Part shown: positions 51,554-64,000 of the stretch, piece by piece
How the letters are laid out: every line of letters starts with the position of its first letter
Numbering within the stretch: the first letter of the stretch is position 1
Position numbers and translations under genes: made by a program
The notes under the pieces: generated by a model
Told to the model about the DNA's origin: nothing
What the model saw: only the letters and a program-made list of their open reading frames with translations
Database searches by the model: none
DNA from: Eledone cirrhosa
Taxonomy: Eukaryota
Length of the DNA: 64,000 nt
Direction: 5' to 3'
NCBI GenBank assembly: GCA_964016885.1
Contig: OZ024746.1
Span: forward strand, 58,218,001 to 58,282,000

Positions 51554-51606
51554 TATCTATCTATCTATCTATCTATATATCTATCTATCTATATGTCTGT
51601 CTGTCG

Positions 51607-51668
<62 letters not shown>

Positions 51669-51812
51669 TATTTACACTCACACATACTCACAAATCTAGC
51701 CGCACTCTGACAATCCCTATGCAAACTATTTTTATTTTTAGAATTGGCTTAAAGACCATTGATAATTACATAAATGTGAAAAAGATTAAAATAGAATTAA
51801 GTAACGTGAAAT

Positions 51813-51997
51813 AATTGTTTCTACTTTTAGCACAAGGCCAGCAATTCACCAGTACATTACTGGTACTTTATTTTATAGACCCCGTAAGGATGAAAGGCAA
51901 AGTTAACCTCGGCGGGATTTGAACTCAGAATGGCAAGGGCAGTAACTCTATGCCTTAAAGCATGGCGTCCAACTCTCTACCGATACTGCCAATTCAC
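51813..51997 (-). mobile_element. SINE family A
   Basis: Near full-length match. Confidence 0.85.
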
Positions 51998-52159
51998 AAT
52001 GGATGAGGTTAATGGGCAGACCTGGCTGTATTGGAAAGTAGAGGAAAAGAGAATAAATTACCTAAATGAGGGGAAAAGGATGGGGAAAGCAAGGACTCTT
52101 GGGCTACAGAAGAAAGAGAGATGGAAGGGTAGAGGGTTATGGGCTTTGGGCCTAGAAAG

Positions 52160-52530
52160 GATAAAATTGTAAAGGCATTTCCGCGGACAATGTCCAGTAA
52201 TGCCCCCTTTAACTGCCCCCCATCTCACGGGGCTACTTCCACAGACCTTTTGCGTAAGAGCTCGGCCAACCGATTCGAAGAGGATGTGGCCGGACCGGAC
52301 AAATCCTGGTATCTATTTGTATTCCTGTTGTATGCATTAGAGGACGCAGTAGCAGAGATTTGGGCCGAAGCCACGAAGTTTGTGGCGGAGAGTGTATCAC
52401 AACTAGTGGCGTCCGAGAAGAGGTATTTACCTCCTTCGAATTGGAAGAGGGTAATTCCGTTAGAGAACTTGCCATCTCCGCAGTCGAGGGACTATTGGCG
52501 TCAGAGGTTGGGAAACCATCTGGATCCAGA
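52160..52530 (-). mobile_element. Decayed CRE-clade-like RLE fragment
   Basis: Minus strand translates LDCGDGKFSNGITLFQFEGGKYLFSDATSCDTLSA...RYQDL and later DIVRGNA, resembling CRE-type DGKRPDG.TL.PW..GK.L.WD.T..DT and RGNA motifs. Confidence 0.65.
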
Positions 52531-53039
52531 TAGAAAAGGACGAAAAAAAACCCTATTCAGTCAACCCACATTCTTTACATTGTTTTCTTACCAGCGATAC
52601 ATACTCACACACATCAATATGGGCACACGCACACTCACAAAACTAAGCTCACCCTGAGCTTTTGTGCCAAAAAAATAATTTATGTGATTGATAACACCCA
52701 GCAATAAATATATCTTGAAACGTTTTGATTCCTTGTAACCACATCCTTCCCACTTCACCTACACACATACAGTGTGCCACTATACATATTTCCACTCTCC
52801 TATCCTTTATAGTTTCTGACTGCAGTCATAACATCACTTGGACTTCTCACATCTCAGTGATTCATCTGTATTTCCACCGTCACCGATACTTAGTTAAATA
52901 CTTAGTTAAATACTTACTGCTTAATTATCGATATGTTGGAGACATTTCAAGATTTTACAATTTTATATATATCTGAAATAAATAAAACTTGTTCAAATTG
53001 TTAAGATGTTTGTTTCTACTGTCCTTATTGATAACTTAT

Positions 53040-53088
<49 letters not shown>

Positions 53089-53294
53089 ACCAGACTTCAG
53101 ATTTATTTTTATTACTATATATATATATTAAAATAACAGATTAAAGTTTAAGCAAAGAATCGCTGCATTCATCCTTAACGGGATCTATTGATCTGAAAGC
53201 ACCGATTCTTTGCTTAAACTTTGCTCTACGGTTCTTATATATTTGATATATATTTATCCTTATCGAGCGCTCTTTGGATTTTAGTCTTCAAATA

Positions 53295-53325
<31 letters not shown>

Positions 53326-53326
<1 letters not shown>

Positions 53327-53759
53327 TCTTCGGCCAATCCCTCATCAACTTCTTCAAGTTTCACCTGGAAAGGAAGCTGAGGGTGGAGAGAGAAGCCCCC
53401 CCCCCAATACATTTGCTAAAAGGTGGATGAATGTGGCGAGAATAGCTCGTGTGAATGGGTCTACTCTGACCATGCGCCTATAGGCGAGGTAACTTGAAGA
53501 GAGGGGTGCTCTCCCTGGGTGCCCTAGAAGCGCAGGGTGGTTCAGGATTGGTGGGGTATCCGAGTCACCCCAGGGTCCTCCACCCCCTATAAGGGAATTT
53601 ATTTTATTATATTTATGCATAGTTTATTTTATATTTTTATATCTTCATTAAATTAGTCTTGCCATTGTGCACTTTTACTCGACCTTATTGTAAACCCCCA
53701 CAGTCCCTGTCTTTGTATTGTCTCCTACATGTTGACCCTTGTGGCTAATAAATGAAATC
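53326..53759 (+). mobile_element. 5'-truncated Tx1 stub T6
   Basis: Follows (ATT)10; LFGQSLINFFKFHLERKLRVERE...RVNGSTLTMRL matches ORF2 C-terminus; ends CCCTTGTGGCTAATAAATGAAATC-ATT. Confidence 0.88.
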
Positions 53760-53762
53760 ATT

Positions 53763-53941
53763 GGTGGATTGGCAGTATCGGTAGAGGGTCGGACGCCATG
53801 CTTTAACGCATAGAGTTACGGCTCTTTATGATCTGAGCTCAAATCCCGCCGAGGTTAACTTTGCCTTTCATCCTTATGTCGTCGATAAAATAAACTAATG
53901 CACTGGGTAATTTGCTGGCCTTGTGCCTAAAGTAGAAACAA
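53763..53941 (+). mobile_element. SINE family A directly after the T6 tail
   Basis: Full match, tail (ATT)4. Confidence 0.88.
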
Positions 53942-53948
53942 TTATTAT

Positions 53949-54016
<68 letters not shown>

Positions 54017-54568
54017 GGAAATCAGTAAAATTGAATCTCTTTGCAACTTAATTCGGCCTACTTATATGAAATGATGAGTTAGCAAAGCACTCGATAAGAT
54101 AGGGTCTTAGAGTAATAAAATATGTTTTAATAGCTTGAAAAATCGAACATTGTGGTAGGCGAATCTAACACACAGTATATACCAAAGTAACGATAAAACT
54201 AATCAGGTTGAGAAAAGTACACACACATATATATATATATATATATATGTAAGTTAAAGTCATTCTGGGTTTAATCGGAGGTAACCACAGTAAGTAAGGT
54301 AGAGATTCTACAGGACTAGAACTGTTTCATTCGTGAGAAATCATCAGGAATCCGACTGTCCAAGTAAGTATGGTGGTATTTATATATTTTCTGTTGGTAG
54401 GGGAGGGTGAGGAGTGGGATGGGTGGAGGCCATTGGTTGAAAGAAAAGGGAATTCATTAAAAGCTAATTCTTTAAAGCTATAATTTATATTTAGAGTGAG
54501 AAAGAATTCTATAAACAAGTTCAAATTGGAGTGCCACTCCTTATTTTTAAGTTTCTCTTAAGCTATTA

Positions 54569-54754
54569 ATTGTTTCTACTTTAGGCACAAGGCCAGCAAT
54601 TATCCAGTTCATTACTGGTACTTTATTTTATCGAGCCCGTATGGATGAAAAGCAAAGTCAACCTCGGCGGGATTTGAACTCAGATCGTAAAGGGACGTAA
54701 CTATGCAGGAAAGCATGCGTCCGACCCTAAACCGATACTGCCAATCCACCGCCC
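54569..54754 (-). mobile_element. SINE family A with target-site duplication
   Basis: AGCTATTAAT at 54561-54570 and 54758-54767. Confidence 0.88.
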
Positions 54755-55531
54755 TTGAGCTATTAATGCCTATATTTCAGGTGTCTATAATATGGTTGGG
54801 GGTCAGTCATGGTTGATGGGTTTAAAGAAAGGGGAATTCTTTAAAGCTTTACTTAGTGACAAAAAGGTAGAAAGGATTCTATAAACAAGTTCAAATTATA
54901 TCTCCTTATTGTCAAATTTCTCTTAAGCTATATTTCCGGTGTCTACAAACAGATTCACTCACACACACACAGATAAATATATATATATACATATATATAC
55001 ACACATATATATAGAGATATATATACACATACGCACATATACATATATATTATATATATATATATATATACGTATATATATATATATATATATATATATT
55101 CACATTTACATATACACATAAATATACATATATATATATTTTCATATATATATATACACATATACACACATAGACACACACATACATATATATATGTATA
55201 TCTACACGCACACATATATATATACATATACATATATACGCACACACCTATATATATATACACAAATGTTAAGGGTGAAAGGGTGGAAGCAACGAATCTT
55301 TGCTTAAACTTTAATCTGTTCTTATAATAAATAAATAAATATAGATATATATATATAAACTAACATACACTCGTACAAACAGGTGTAAATATATATATAT
55401 ATGTATACATCTGGTTAACCTACAGTGACTCGACGTAACACTCCATATATATACGTAGATAAATATATATATGGGTGTGTATATATATATCTGGTAAAAC
55501 TTGAGTAACTGGTCGTTACATAATATATATA

Positions 55532-55589
<58 letters not shown>

Positions 55590-55871
55590 TACACATAGTT
55601 ATTTGTATTTGCATACAGTTCTTTAGGAATTAAATTTATTTAAAATTCAATCCATCATAATTTTATTATTCAATCTAACACTACATAGGCTTCTTATGTG
55701 TTTGACCCTCGGGTGATACGGATCAATACAGCAGTTAATTTTACATTATTAACCAATCAAATACCCTCACTGCTTTAAAAACGTGGTAAATAATATATAT
55801 GTATTATATGTATGTGTGCGTATATGTATATATATATACATATATATATATTTGTATTATATATATATATA

Positions 55872-55912
<41 letters not shown>

Positions 55913-55967
55913 TTGTGTGTGTGTGTGTGTGTGTGTGTGTGATAGAGAGTGAGAGAGAGAGAGGGAA

Positions 55968-56000
<33 letters not shown>

Positions 56001-56765
56001 GAGAGAGAGATATGCACACAGACCGATCGACAAATACGAAAAACGCACAGACGTATAGAAGCGATAAAAATAAACAGAAAATCGTTCAGTAATACTAAAG
56101 CAATCTTTAGTACGAATGCTTGCAAGAACCAGTTCATGTCTCCAGGCATATAACAAGGGGAAGTGTTTGAAATCTTCCAGTCAAGGGTAATGAAGCAAGC
56201 AATTCCATCGCATCATATATGTCTGGAAGGGACACTTGTGTGTAATCCATTCGTTGGAAAAACCATTGCTTCGCTTTCAATTTGACGATATTGACTAAGT
56301 TGAGTAGCTTTTATTGCCGCTAGCTATATGTTATTGATAGGAAACAGTATTCTCCTAACCGGATGTTTCGTCAGCGGAACTCACTGATTACTTGGTGAGA
56401 GAATACGCTTCCGAAATATTTAGTTCCTTTGGTTTTCATTGTGTGGAAGAATGGAAGAATATTCAAGATGTCTGTCAGCTAGTTTCATTGAATTATCACT
56501 ACCCTCCCACACACACACACGAACGCACCAGAAACGCAGTAACATAGACGGCCTGACATCTACACATGTACCAACATACTCTCCTTCTCGCCCATTAAGA
56601 TGTTGTACTTGGAATGCCAGTTTGCGGAATACATTGCTCAACCACTCTGTTGGCAACAAGCATGTCCAACGATATCAAAATTAAGAATGGACGGCAAAAT
56701 TTAAAGGTTAATTTCGATAAAAATAGAGATAAAAACGAAGATATTGCTAAGAATTAAATACAGAT

Positions 56766-56800
<35 letters not shown>

Positions 56801-56805
<5 letters not shown>

Positions 56806-56918
56806 AAAAAGTATGACACCGACGGCAGAGCTCAAGCCGTTTCGACGGCTTTTTCTGGACTCCAGAAATAATCGTCGAAACGGCTTGAGCTCTGCCGTCG
56901 GTTCATACTTTTTCCTAT
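56801..56918. repeat. ~118-bp hairpin/inverted repeat next to (TA)n
   Basis: ATAGGAAAAAGTATGA.ACCGACGGCAGAGCTCAAGCCGTTTCGACG at 56801-56847 and its reverse complement at 56873-56918. Confidence 0.9.
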
Positions 56919-57013
56919 TTCCCTCCCTACTACCCTAAGTATTAAGTACTCTGGTGCGTTATGGTCCATCTGGTTCCTTACTAAAATTCCTTTGTTATAT
57001 ATATATATATACA

Positions 57014-57098
<85 letters not shown>

Positions 57099-57301
57099 TA
57101 TCATTTCAGTCATTGTGGTCAGGCATTTGTCTGCAGCCATACTGGAGCACAGAAATTTATCGATCACAATTTGATCCACAGAAGTTATATTTCACATCTC
57201 TTACGTATTTTGTCGGTTCATATTTTTCGAACAGCTCAGATAAGAGACATTTAAACCTCCCAAACTAAACAAACATAAACACACACACACATAAATGCAT
57301 A

Positions 57302-57338
<37 letters not shown>

Positions 57339-57376
57339 TCGCACACAGACAGAGAGAGAGAGATAAACACACACAT

Positions 57377-57407
<31 letters not shown>

Positions 57408-57454
57408 TAAGAAAACGCGAAGTAGTTTCAGATGTTAAAATCCTTTATGATAAG

Positions 57455-57529
57455 GCCGTGATACATATTTCAATGAGGACTGTGGCCACGTGATACCGCA
57501 TATCCAGTGCCATGATCTCATCAGACAGC
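57455..57529 (-). ncRNA. Type I hammerhead motif (Penelope pseudo-LTR-like)
   Basis: Minus strand GCTGT-CTGATGA-(long imperfect stem II)-GAAA-TATGTA-TC|ACGGC. Confidence 0.62.
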
Positions 57530-57877
57530 AACTTACATAAAAAGGTTAAGTACCCGTGGCAATCCGAATTGAAACTACAAGGGAACGTACAAAGGGGACT
57601 TTATTGAAGCCTTCGCTCGTTCCTTTGTGAGGTCCAATTCACCTCCACATGCTTGCGCAGGCGCAAATGGGAAGGATGTTGAACAGCTAACAACCTACAC
57701 CAAAACACAACAAATCTAGCCTAGGTAGGTACACCCCCCTCCACCACCACCACCAACCAACCAATCAGGATACAGAGACACAGGGTTCATGACTGCCACC
57801 AAGTTGTAGCTTACCGCTAGTCGCATGTCTAGTGGCGGCCGAACAAAACACTGTGGTAGTGGATATTATATATATAT

Positions 57878-58031
57878 AGAGGGTCGGACGCCATGTTTGC
57901 AGCATAGAGTTACGGCCCTTTGCGGTCTGAGTTCAAATCCCACCGAGGTTGGCTTTGCCTTTCATCCTTGAAATGAAATACCAGTAATGCACTGGGGTAA
58001 TAGATGGCCTTGTGCCAAAAGTAGAAACAAT
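57878..58031 (+). mobile_element. SINE family A (truncated)
   Basis: B box GAGTTCAAATCC and family tail. Confidence 0.8.
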
Positions 58032-58056
58032 TATATATATATATTATATATATATT

Positions 58057-58096
<40 letters not shown>

Positions 58097-58179
58097 GTGC
58101 CCTTCACCCCTATCTCCTCGTGAGTTATTGGGCTGCGTAATAATATACCTAATATTATTTAAAGAAATTTCTTTGACGT

Positions 58180-58315
58180 ATAGAGTTACGGCCCTTGCCA
58201 TTCTGAGTTCAAATCCCGCCGAGGTTAACTTTGCCTTTCATCCTTACGAGTTCGATAAAATAAAGTACCAGTAATATACTGAGTAATTACTGGTCTTGTG
58301 CCTAACGTAGAAACA
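58180..58315 (+). mobile_element. SINE family A (5'-truncated) with probable TSD
   Basis: ATTATTTAAAG.AAT at 58154-58168 and 58316-58330. Confidence 0.8.
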
Positions 58316-58618
58316 ATTATTTAAAGGAATGAAACAGAAAAAGCTAGGTATTTTAAATTGTGTCAAATATGGATTTATGTGTTTTGTCTATGAAACTAAC
58401 AGTACTCATCTCTCTCCAGATCTAAACACAGTTGAGTGATATTACTACAGCACTTTTCTGCGTTTCGATTCCCATATTTCAAATTTAAAACCATCCAATC
58501 GCTTTCACAAGACTAAAACTAAGCAAACTAAATCAAATCAAATGAATATGATTTTCCATTTAGATCGGGTTTCAGCTTATCAAGAACCTTATTTTACCTT
58601 TCTTCTGAATGAAAATAG

Positions 58619-58832
58619 TTAACCCTTTAGCATTTAAACCGGCCATATCCGGCTAGAATTTCCTCACCTATTTCCGTTCAAACTGGCTGTAAACAGTCAC
58701 TCATATTGATGTTAAAGTATTGTTCTCAAAATCTCAAAATCTCGTAGATTTGATATTATGTGAGGTAATTATGTGATATAAAGTGTTACTGTGAAAATAC
58801 AATGGTATATATAGAGTAATGTAAATGCTAAA
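58619..58832. mobile_element. Possible non-autonomous piggyBac-like MITE remnant
   Basis: Starts TTAACCCTTTAGCATTT; partial inverted end AAATGCTAAA at 58823-58832. Confidence 0.35.
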
Positions 58833-58859
58833 AAAACAATTATTGCATCATGTTTCCAA

Positions 58860-60980
58860 ATGACAACGCAGGGGAAGCTGACTGACACCGGGGTGCCTTA
58901 TCTGTTGACGGTATACTCACATGTGGTTTGATTCTTAAATTCCCATTACCAAATACTTTTCAATCGGGCTTTGTTCTGGTATGACTGGTTGTACCACTTC
59001 ATTTGTCATATTGGTTGTTGTTGTTTATTTCTAACTTTGGTCTTGCTCTATAATTATTTTAAATTGTTTGGTTCCCGTTTGCTTTGATTTAGCTTTCAAT
59101 CAGTATTTAGATCCTGTGAGGCATTATACTGCCTGATATTCGATATTATAGGTTTACCTATTTATAATTATTCACTTCGAATGTTATATAATATTTCGTA
59201 TAATAATGAATGGATATTTATGTTTTAGTAAAATTATTTCTTCTCTTGTAATTACATCACCATAAATGGTACCAACGTTTAGCGATAGAGAGTATACAAT
59301 GTTATGGTTTGAAATTCTGGTAATGGTGTTACTCTGTGCTTTTATATCTGTTGTGATAGTGGTGTTTTTATAATCACCATTATGTACAGAAAAGGTAATT
59401 TGTATTGTCTCCTTTATACATTCTAGGGTTTGAGGTGAATTCTTCAGGCTTCTGTTGAAATGTTCTAAAAATCTACATATCCTCTCCATATCACAAAGAA
59501 ATTATATATATATCTTCTAAATTGTCTATTATTATTTTCTTTTACGATTTGGTATAATTGTGTACTTCTAAAGATCCTATTAGCAGAGTTTAATGTGTTT
59601 GAGCAAACCTGGTTCCCTTGAATGTACCTCTGATTTGTCTGCATGAGTTCACATTGAAAATAAATATAGAGATACCTGCTTCTAATATGTAGCCAATAGG
59701 GAATCGATGAAAATCATTTCTCTGTGTTTTACGATCTAATATTTCACCGGTGATTTTCTTAAGTAATGCGGAATATTGGTATAGAGACTTAACGCATCAA
59801 ATCTAAATAATAGAGAATTTGGTTTCCTGGTTTTAGTTAGACATGACAACAAATCAATATAATACCGAATGAATCTCGGTAAGGAAGTACGCAAGGTTTT
59901 CACTATAATGTCCACGAATTTATTTATCCGAACATGGCGAAAAAAGTATGATAGGTTTAAGTTTTAGATGATTTATGCTAAGAAAGTTTACAAATACATT
60001 CATTTGTTATTTTTGCGTTTCCGATTTCCTTTGAATTTATGTATTTTTGTTAGACGATAAGGATTGGTCGGATTTAGTTCAAAATTGATTTTTACTCAAT
60101 TTTGTTTGTGGCAAACGATTTTGATGTTTGAAACTAGATGATTGGGTTGCATAATAATTGTTTCTATTTTTGGCACAAGGCCAGCAATTACCCAGTACAT
60201 TACTGGTACTTTATTTTATCGACCCCGTAAGGATGAAAGGCAAAGTTAACCTCGGCGGGATTTGAACTCAGATCATAAAGAGACGTAACTCTATGCTTCA
60301 AAGTATTGTGTCCGACTCTCTACCGATACTTCCAATAATAGTGATCTATATTTGCAGGTATTTCTGAATAATAGTTCGTGTCCTTCAGCTAAATCCCTAT
60401 AATATTCAACATCCATTTTGAAAATGGCCCCAAGGTTTTTCTACCTGGTTCATAACTATTTTTTCATAGTTTTGGAGACGGTTGAGAGGAAACGTCTCCA
60501 ATTCGATAACATTTTATCTGACATACGTATTCTGTTCGGGTGAGAATTTGGAAGGGCTAGCAATATATTGATCCAAAGGATTATCACTTAGTTTAGATGG
60601 GGTAAATTCTGAATTGTTGCTCAGCACAGATTCATCCTCCTCCTTGTCTTTATCAAATAAAAGCTCAATCCACGCTAATTCTCGATAGAACTTTCAGATA
60701 TCTTTCTCTCGTTCTTGATGCTTGACTGTTTATTTCGTCAAGAATTTTATTCCTTTTATTCAAGTTAAAACTTCATCATTATCTAGGTTTCGTTTTGGTA
60801 AATTATATTATATTTGGGTTCAAATGTTTTTGAATGTTTTCTTCCTGATATTAAAATTCCGGTGTTTGTTGTCCCAACACGAAAAGATAAATTCATATTT
60901 GTTTAGTATTCATGTTTGCTTCTTCAATTGTCTCAGTGTTTTTGTTTGCTTATGTTTCATTATCTACTCTGCCTTAGTTG
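58860..60980 (-). pseudogene. Heavily decayed Penelope-like RT/GIY-YIG coding region interrupted by a SINE
   Basis: Minus-strand motifs in expected order: YRLTKIHK (~60050), FDALSLYTNIP (~59790), HNIVYSL (ORF 59184-59489), RQQIRHP (~58900); boundaries approximate. Confidence 0.6.
60156..60335 (-). mobile_element. SINE family A
   Basis: Near full-length match with AATAAT on both sides. Confidence 0.85.
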
Positions 60981-61801
60981 TGGATTATTTTTCACTTTAA
61001 TATCAGTTTAACTAGCAGAGAAAACGACGTAAGTTTATATGCCGGTGGAAATGACATAGGTTGATATAATAAGAAATCAGCTTTAACATTTCTGACGATT
61101 GCCTGTTATCGGCAGATTGAGAGAGGGATGAAATAGAAAGGGTGATGAGAGCATGACAGATAAGAAAGAAAAACATGAAATGTATATCCATAATTCATAC
61201 ATTAGACAATAAATTCCTGAATACGTAAAGCAATTTCCTCAAATGCCTCTTGGTCCAAACTATAGATTCCCTGAAAGGACTAGACCAGATATTCCAATAA
61301 TTTATCATATCAATCTAGAAGAATGGGCTTTTAAGGTGGAAAATGAATTCCTATCTCTAGCAACGACATTTACTTGCCAACTTGTTAACTATAAATCACG
61401 TAATAGTAGTGGCTTTCAAATTCTCTTAATACGAGGTTTCCCGAAGAGCTCATTCTCATAGCCTGTTATGTTAAATTATTAGAATATCTGGTATAGTCTT
61501 TACGACGAGACTGCTGTTGAGACCAAGAATTATTTAAAGTAATTCTTCATCCTGATTGCTTTACATATTCATGATTTTATAAGGATTTGAATAATTGATT
61601 AATTATTTAATTAATTCATTCATTGAGCAAGAAATGTTATTGACGTACAAATGTATATGTATATATGTATGTATCTTCAATTATTTGTTATATTGCATAA
61701 CATATAATATAATGTGTGTGTGTATGTATATATATGTATATATATATAGAGAGAGAGATAGATTTCTTTATTTACCATAAAGGCATAATATATATATAGA
61801 G

Positions 61802-61850
<49 letters not shown>

Positions 61851-62391
61851 TTATATTTACACACATATACATACATATACTTATATATATGTGACCATGT
61901 GTGCGCTCTCGTATATAAGTATAATTATAGGAAAGAAAGACTTATTTTTTTGATATAAGTGTCTCATTGAATCTCCCTGAGAAATACCTTGAAGTGGTAG
62001 ATGACCGAGGAATGCTCAGCCACCTAAGCCTTAATATAACATGACATATACATATATAGTTATATGATATGGTCTTGTGAATCCCGAGGGATTCGTGGAG
62101 TACCTTTATTGAGCCTTTTGTGCCTGGCGGAGTACAGCATATTTCTTCCAGAGAAGGATAGAACATGAGAGGGATAAAGTGAGAAAGAGATATAGATGAA
62201 GGAACGACCCCAATACTACAATGGTACCTCAAAAGGTTGTTATTGACCTTGGTGAGATTTGAACTCAAAGCTGGGAGCAAGAACGAACACGACAAAACAC
62301 TTTCTCCAATGCATAAGTCACTCTGCCAATTCACCGCCTCATGTATGTATATATATATATATATACATATATGTGTGTGTGTGTGTGTGTA

Positions 62392-62425
<34 letters not shown>

Positions 62426-62461
62426 CATATATATATATATTTATATGTATGTATGTATATG

Positions 62462-62538
<77 letters not shown>

Positions 62539-62575
62539 CTGTATGTATATGTATATAGATATAGATATTTATATG

Positions 62576-62630
<55 letters not shown>

Positions 62631-62633
<3 letters not shown>

Positions 62634-62850
62634 AAGGCGCGTGGCTGAGTGGTAAGAGAATTGAACTCTTAATCGTGAGGTTGTGCGTTCGATTCCTGGA
62701 CCGGGCGATGCGTTATGTCCTTGGACAATACACTTTATTTCACGTTGCTCCTTCTACATGGAGTTGCAACCGATAGATAGTATTAGCAATTGGAAAGACC
62801 AATGGAAACATTGTTTGCTCGGTTCGATTTGACGAAAGTCAATCGACTGA
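62631..62850 (+). mobile_element. tRNA-derived SINE, family B
   Basis: GTGAAGGCGCGTGGCTGAGTGGTAAG (A box), GTTCGATTCC (B box), TGTCCTTGGACAATACACTTTATTTCACG. Confidence 0.7.
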
Positions 62851-62919
62851 CATATAAATATATACATATATATACACATATACATATATATATATATACA
62901 TACATACATATATATTTAC

Positions 62920-62952
<33 letters not shown>

Positions 62953-62995
62953 GAGAGAGAGAGCGAGATAGAAGAAGACAGAGAGAGAGAGAGAG

Positions 62996-63033
<38 letters not shown>

Positions 63034-63750
63034 AGTGACACAGACACTCAAGCAGAAAAGTCTATAACTCTAGTGTATTTTAAAGAAGTTTTAAAGACAT
63101 TCTGTACGAAAACCTTCTGAACTTTACCACGATTTTAGCCGAAATGTCTGTCTATATATTAACTATTTTTCTCTGCCATTGTCACATTCCAATTATCGTT
63201 TCAACGTAACACTTTGTTCTATTAATAAGTCATTGTCTTCCAATTCTTGATATCTGTGCCACTGTTCGACTTGGAGAACAAATTCCAAAATGTTATCCGA
63301 CCTGCTATTTTCAACTTTGAACCCCACCATTGTTTGTATTTTAGAGATAATTTCAAAACTGACATTAATTCTGCGTCCATTTTTGTATAGCTTTCATTAG
63401 TATTCCGTCGGATTTCAAAGAATGCTTTTCTTTTTATTCATGTTCTTAGTGAATATATATATGGCAGCGAATCCATACACGCATTGATCACAATTCAGCC
63501 GTGATTACATAGATGCCAGCAAATTATATGGAAAGATAATGCACCAATCTGTGCTATAAAGAACACAAACAATGAGTCAGTTTGGACAACGGTGCACTAC
63601 TGCTACAATAATGGTCACTAAATCTGGCTTGAAGCCACATTCTGTCTCTGCTACCTCTTCCATGGTAGGCAATGTAAGTACATGTAATGACGTGACTGAT
63701 ATACATGCATATATGTAGACGATATAATGATATATATATACATATATATG

Positions 63751-63914
<164 letters not shown>

Positions 63915-64000
63915 TGTATATATAATATATTTACCCCTAACTTTTACTTCTGTATATATATATATATATATATATAAATATATACATATACTGAAGTAAA

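Overview
AT-rich, microsatellite-dense animal DNA with no recognisable host gene; the repeat content resembles an octopus/cephalopod genome (inference). Nearly all coding signal comes from non-LTR retrotransposons. Seven Tx1/L1-clade (APE+RT) copies are present: a deleted copy at 1938-5660, three head-to-tail copies at 12809-30581 (the first with both ORFs open), an older copy at 35885-~41820, a divergent plus-strand copy at 46521-51553 and a 3' stub at 53326-53759. There are also two R4/Dong-like RT+RLE copies (5686-6306, 30654-35851), CRE and RTE fragments, Penelope-like remnants with hammerhead ribozyme motifs, and ~16 copies of one tRNA-derived SINE. Main points: (1) a ~29-kb retrotransposon train whose internal junctions are all (AAT)n, with Tx1 reading it as ATT and Dong-like as AAT; (2) a related Tx1 family flanked by (TATC)n instead; (3) a GTAAGT splice-donor motif over the ORF1 stop codon whose use would fuse ORF1 to ORF2 in frame; (4) a SINE that shares the Tx1 3' motif and ATT target; (5) a ~350-bp palindrome with a hammerhead in each arm. 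Boundaries were read by eye and may be off by a few bases.
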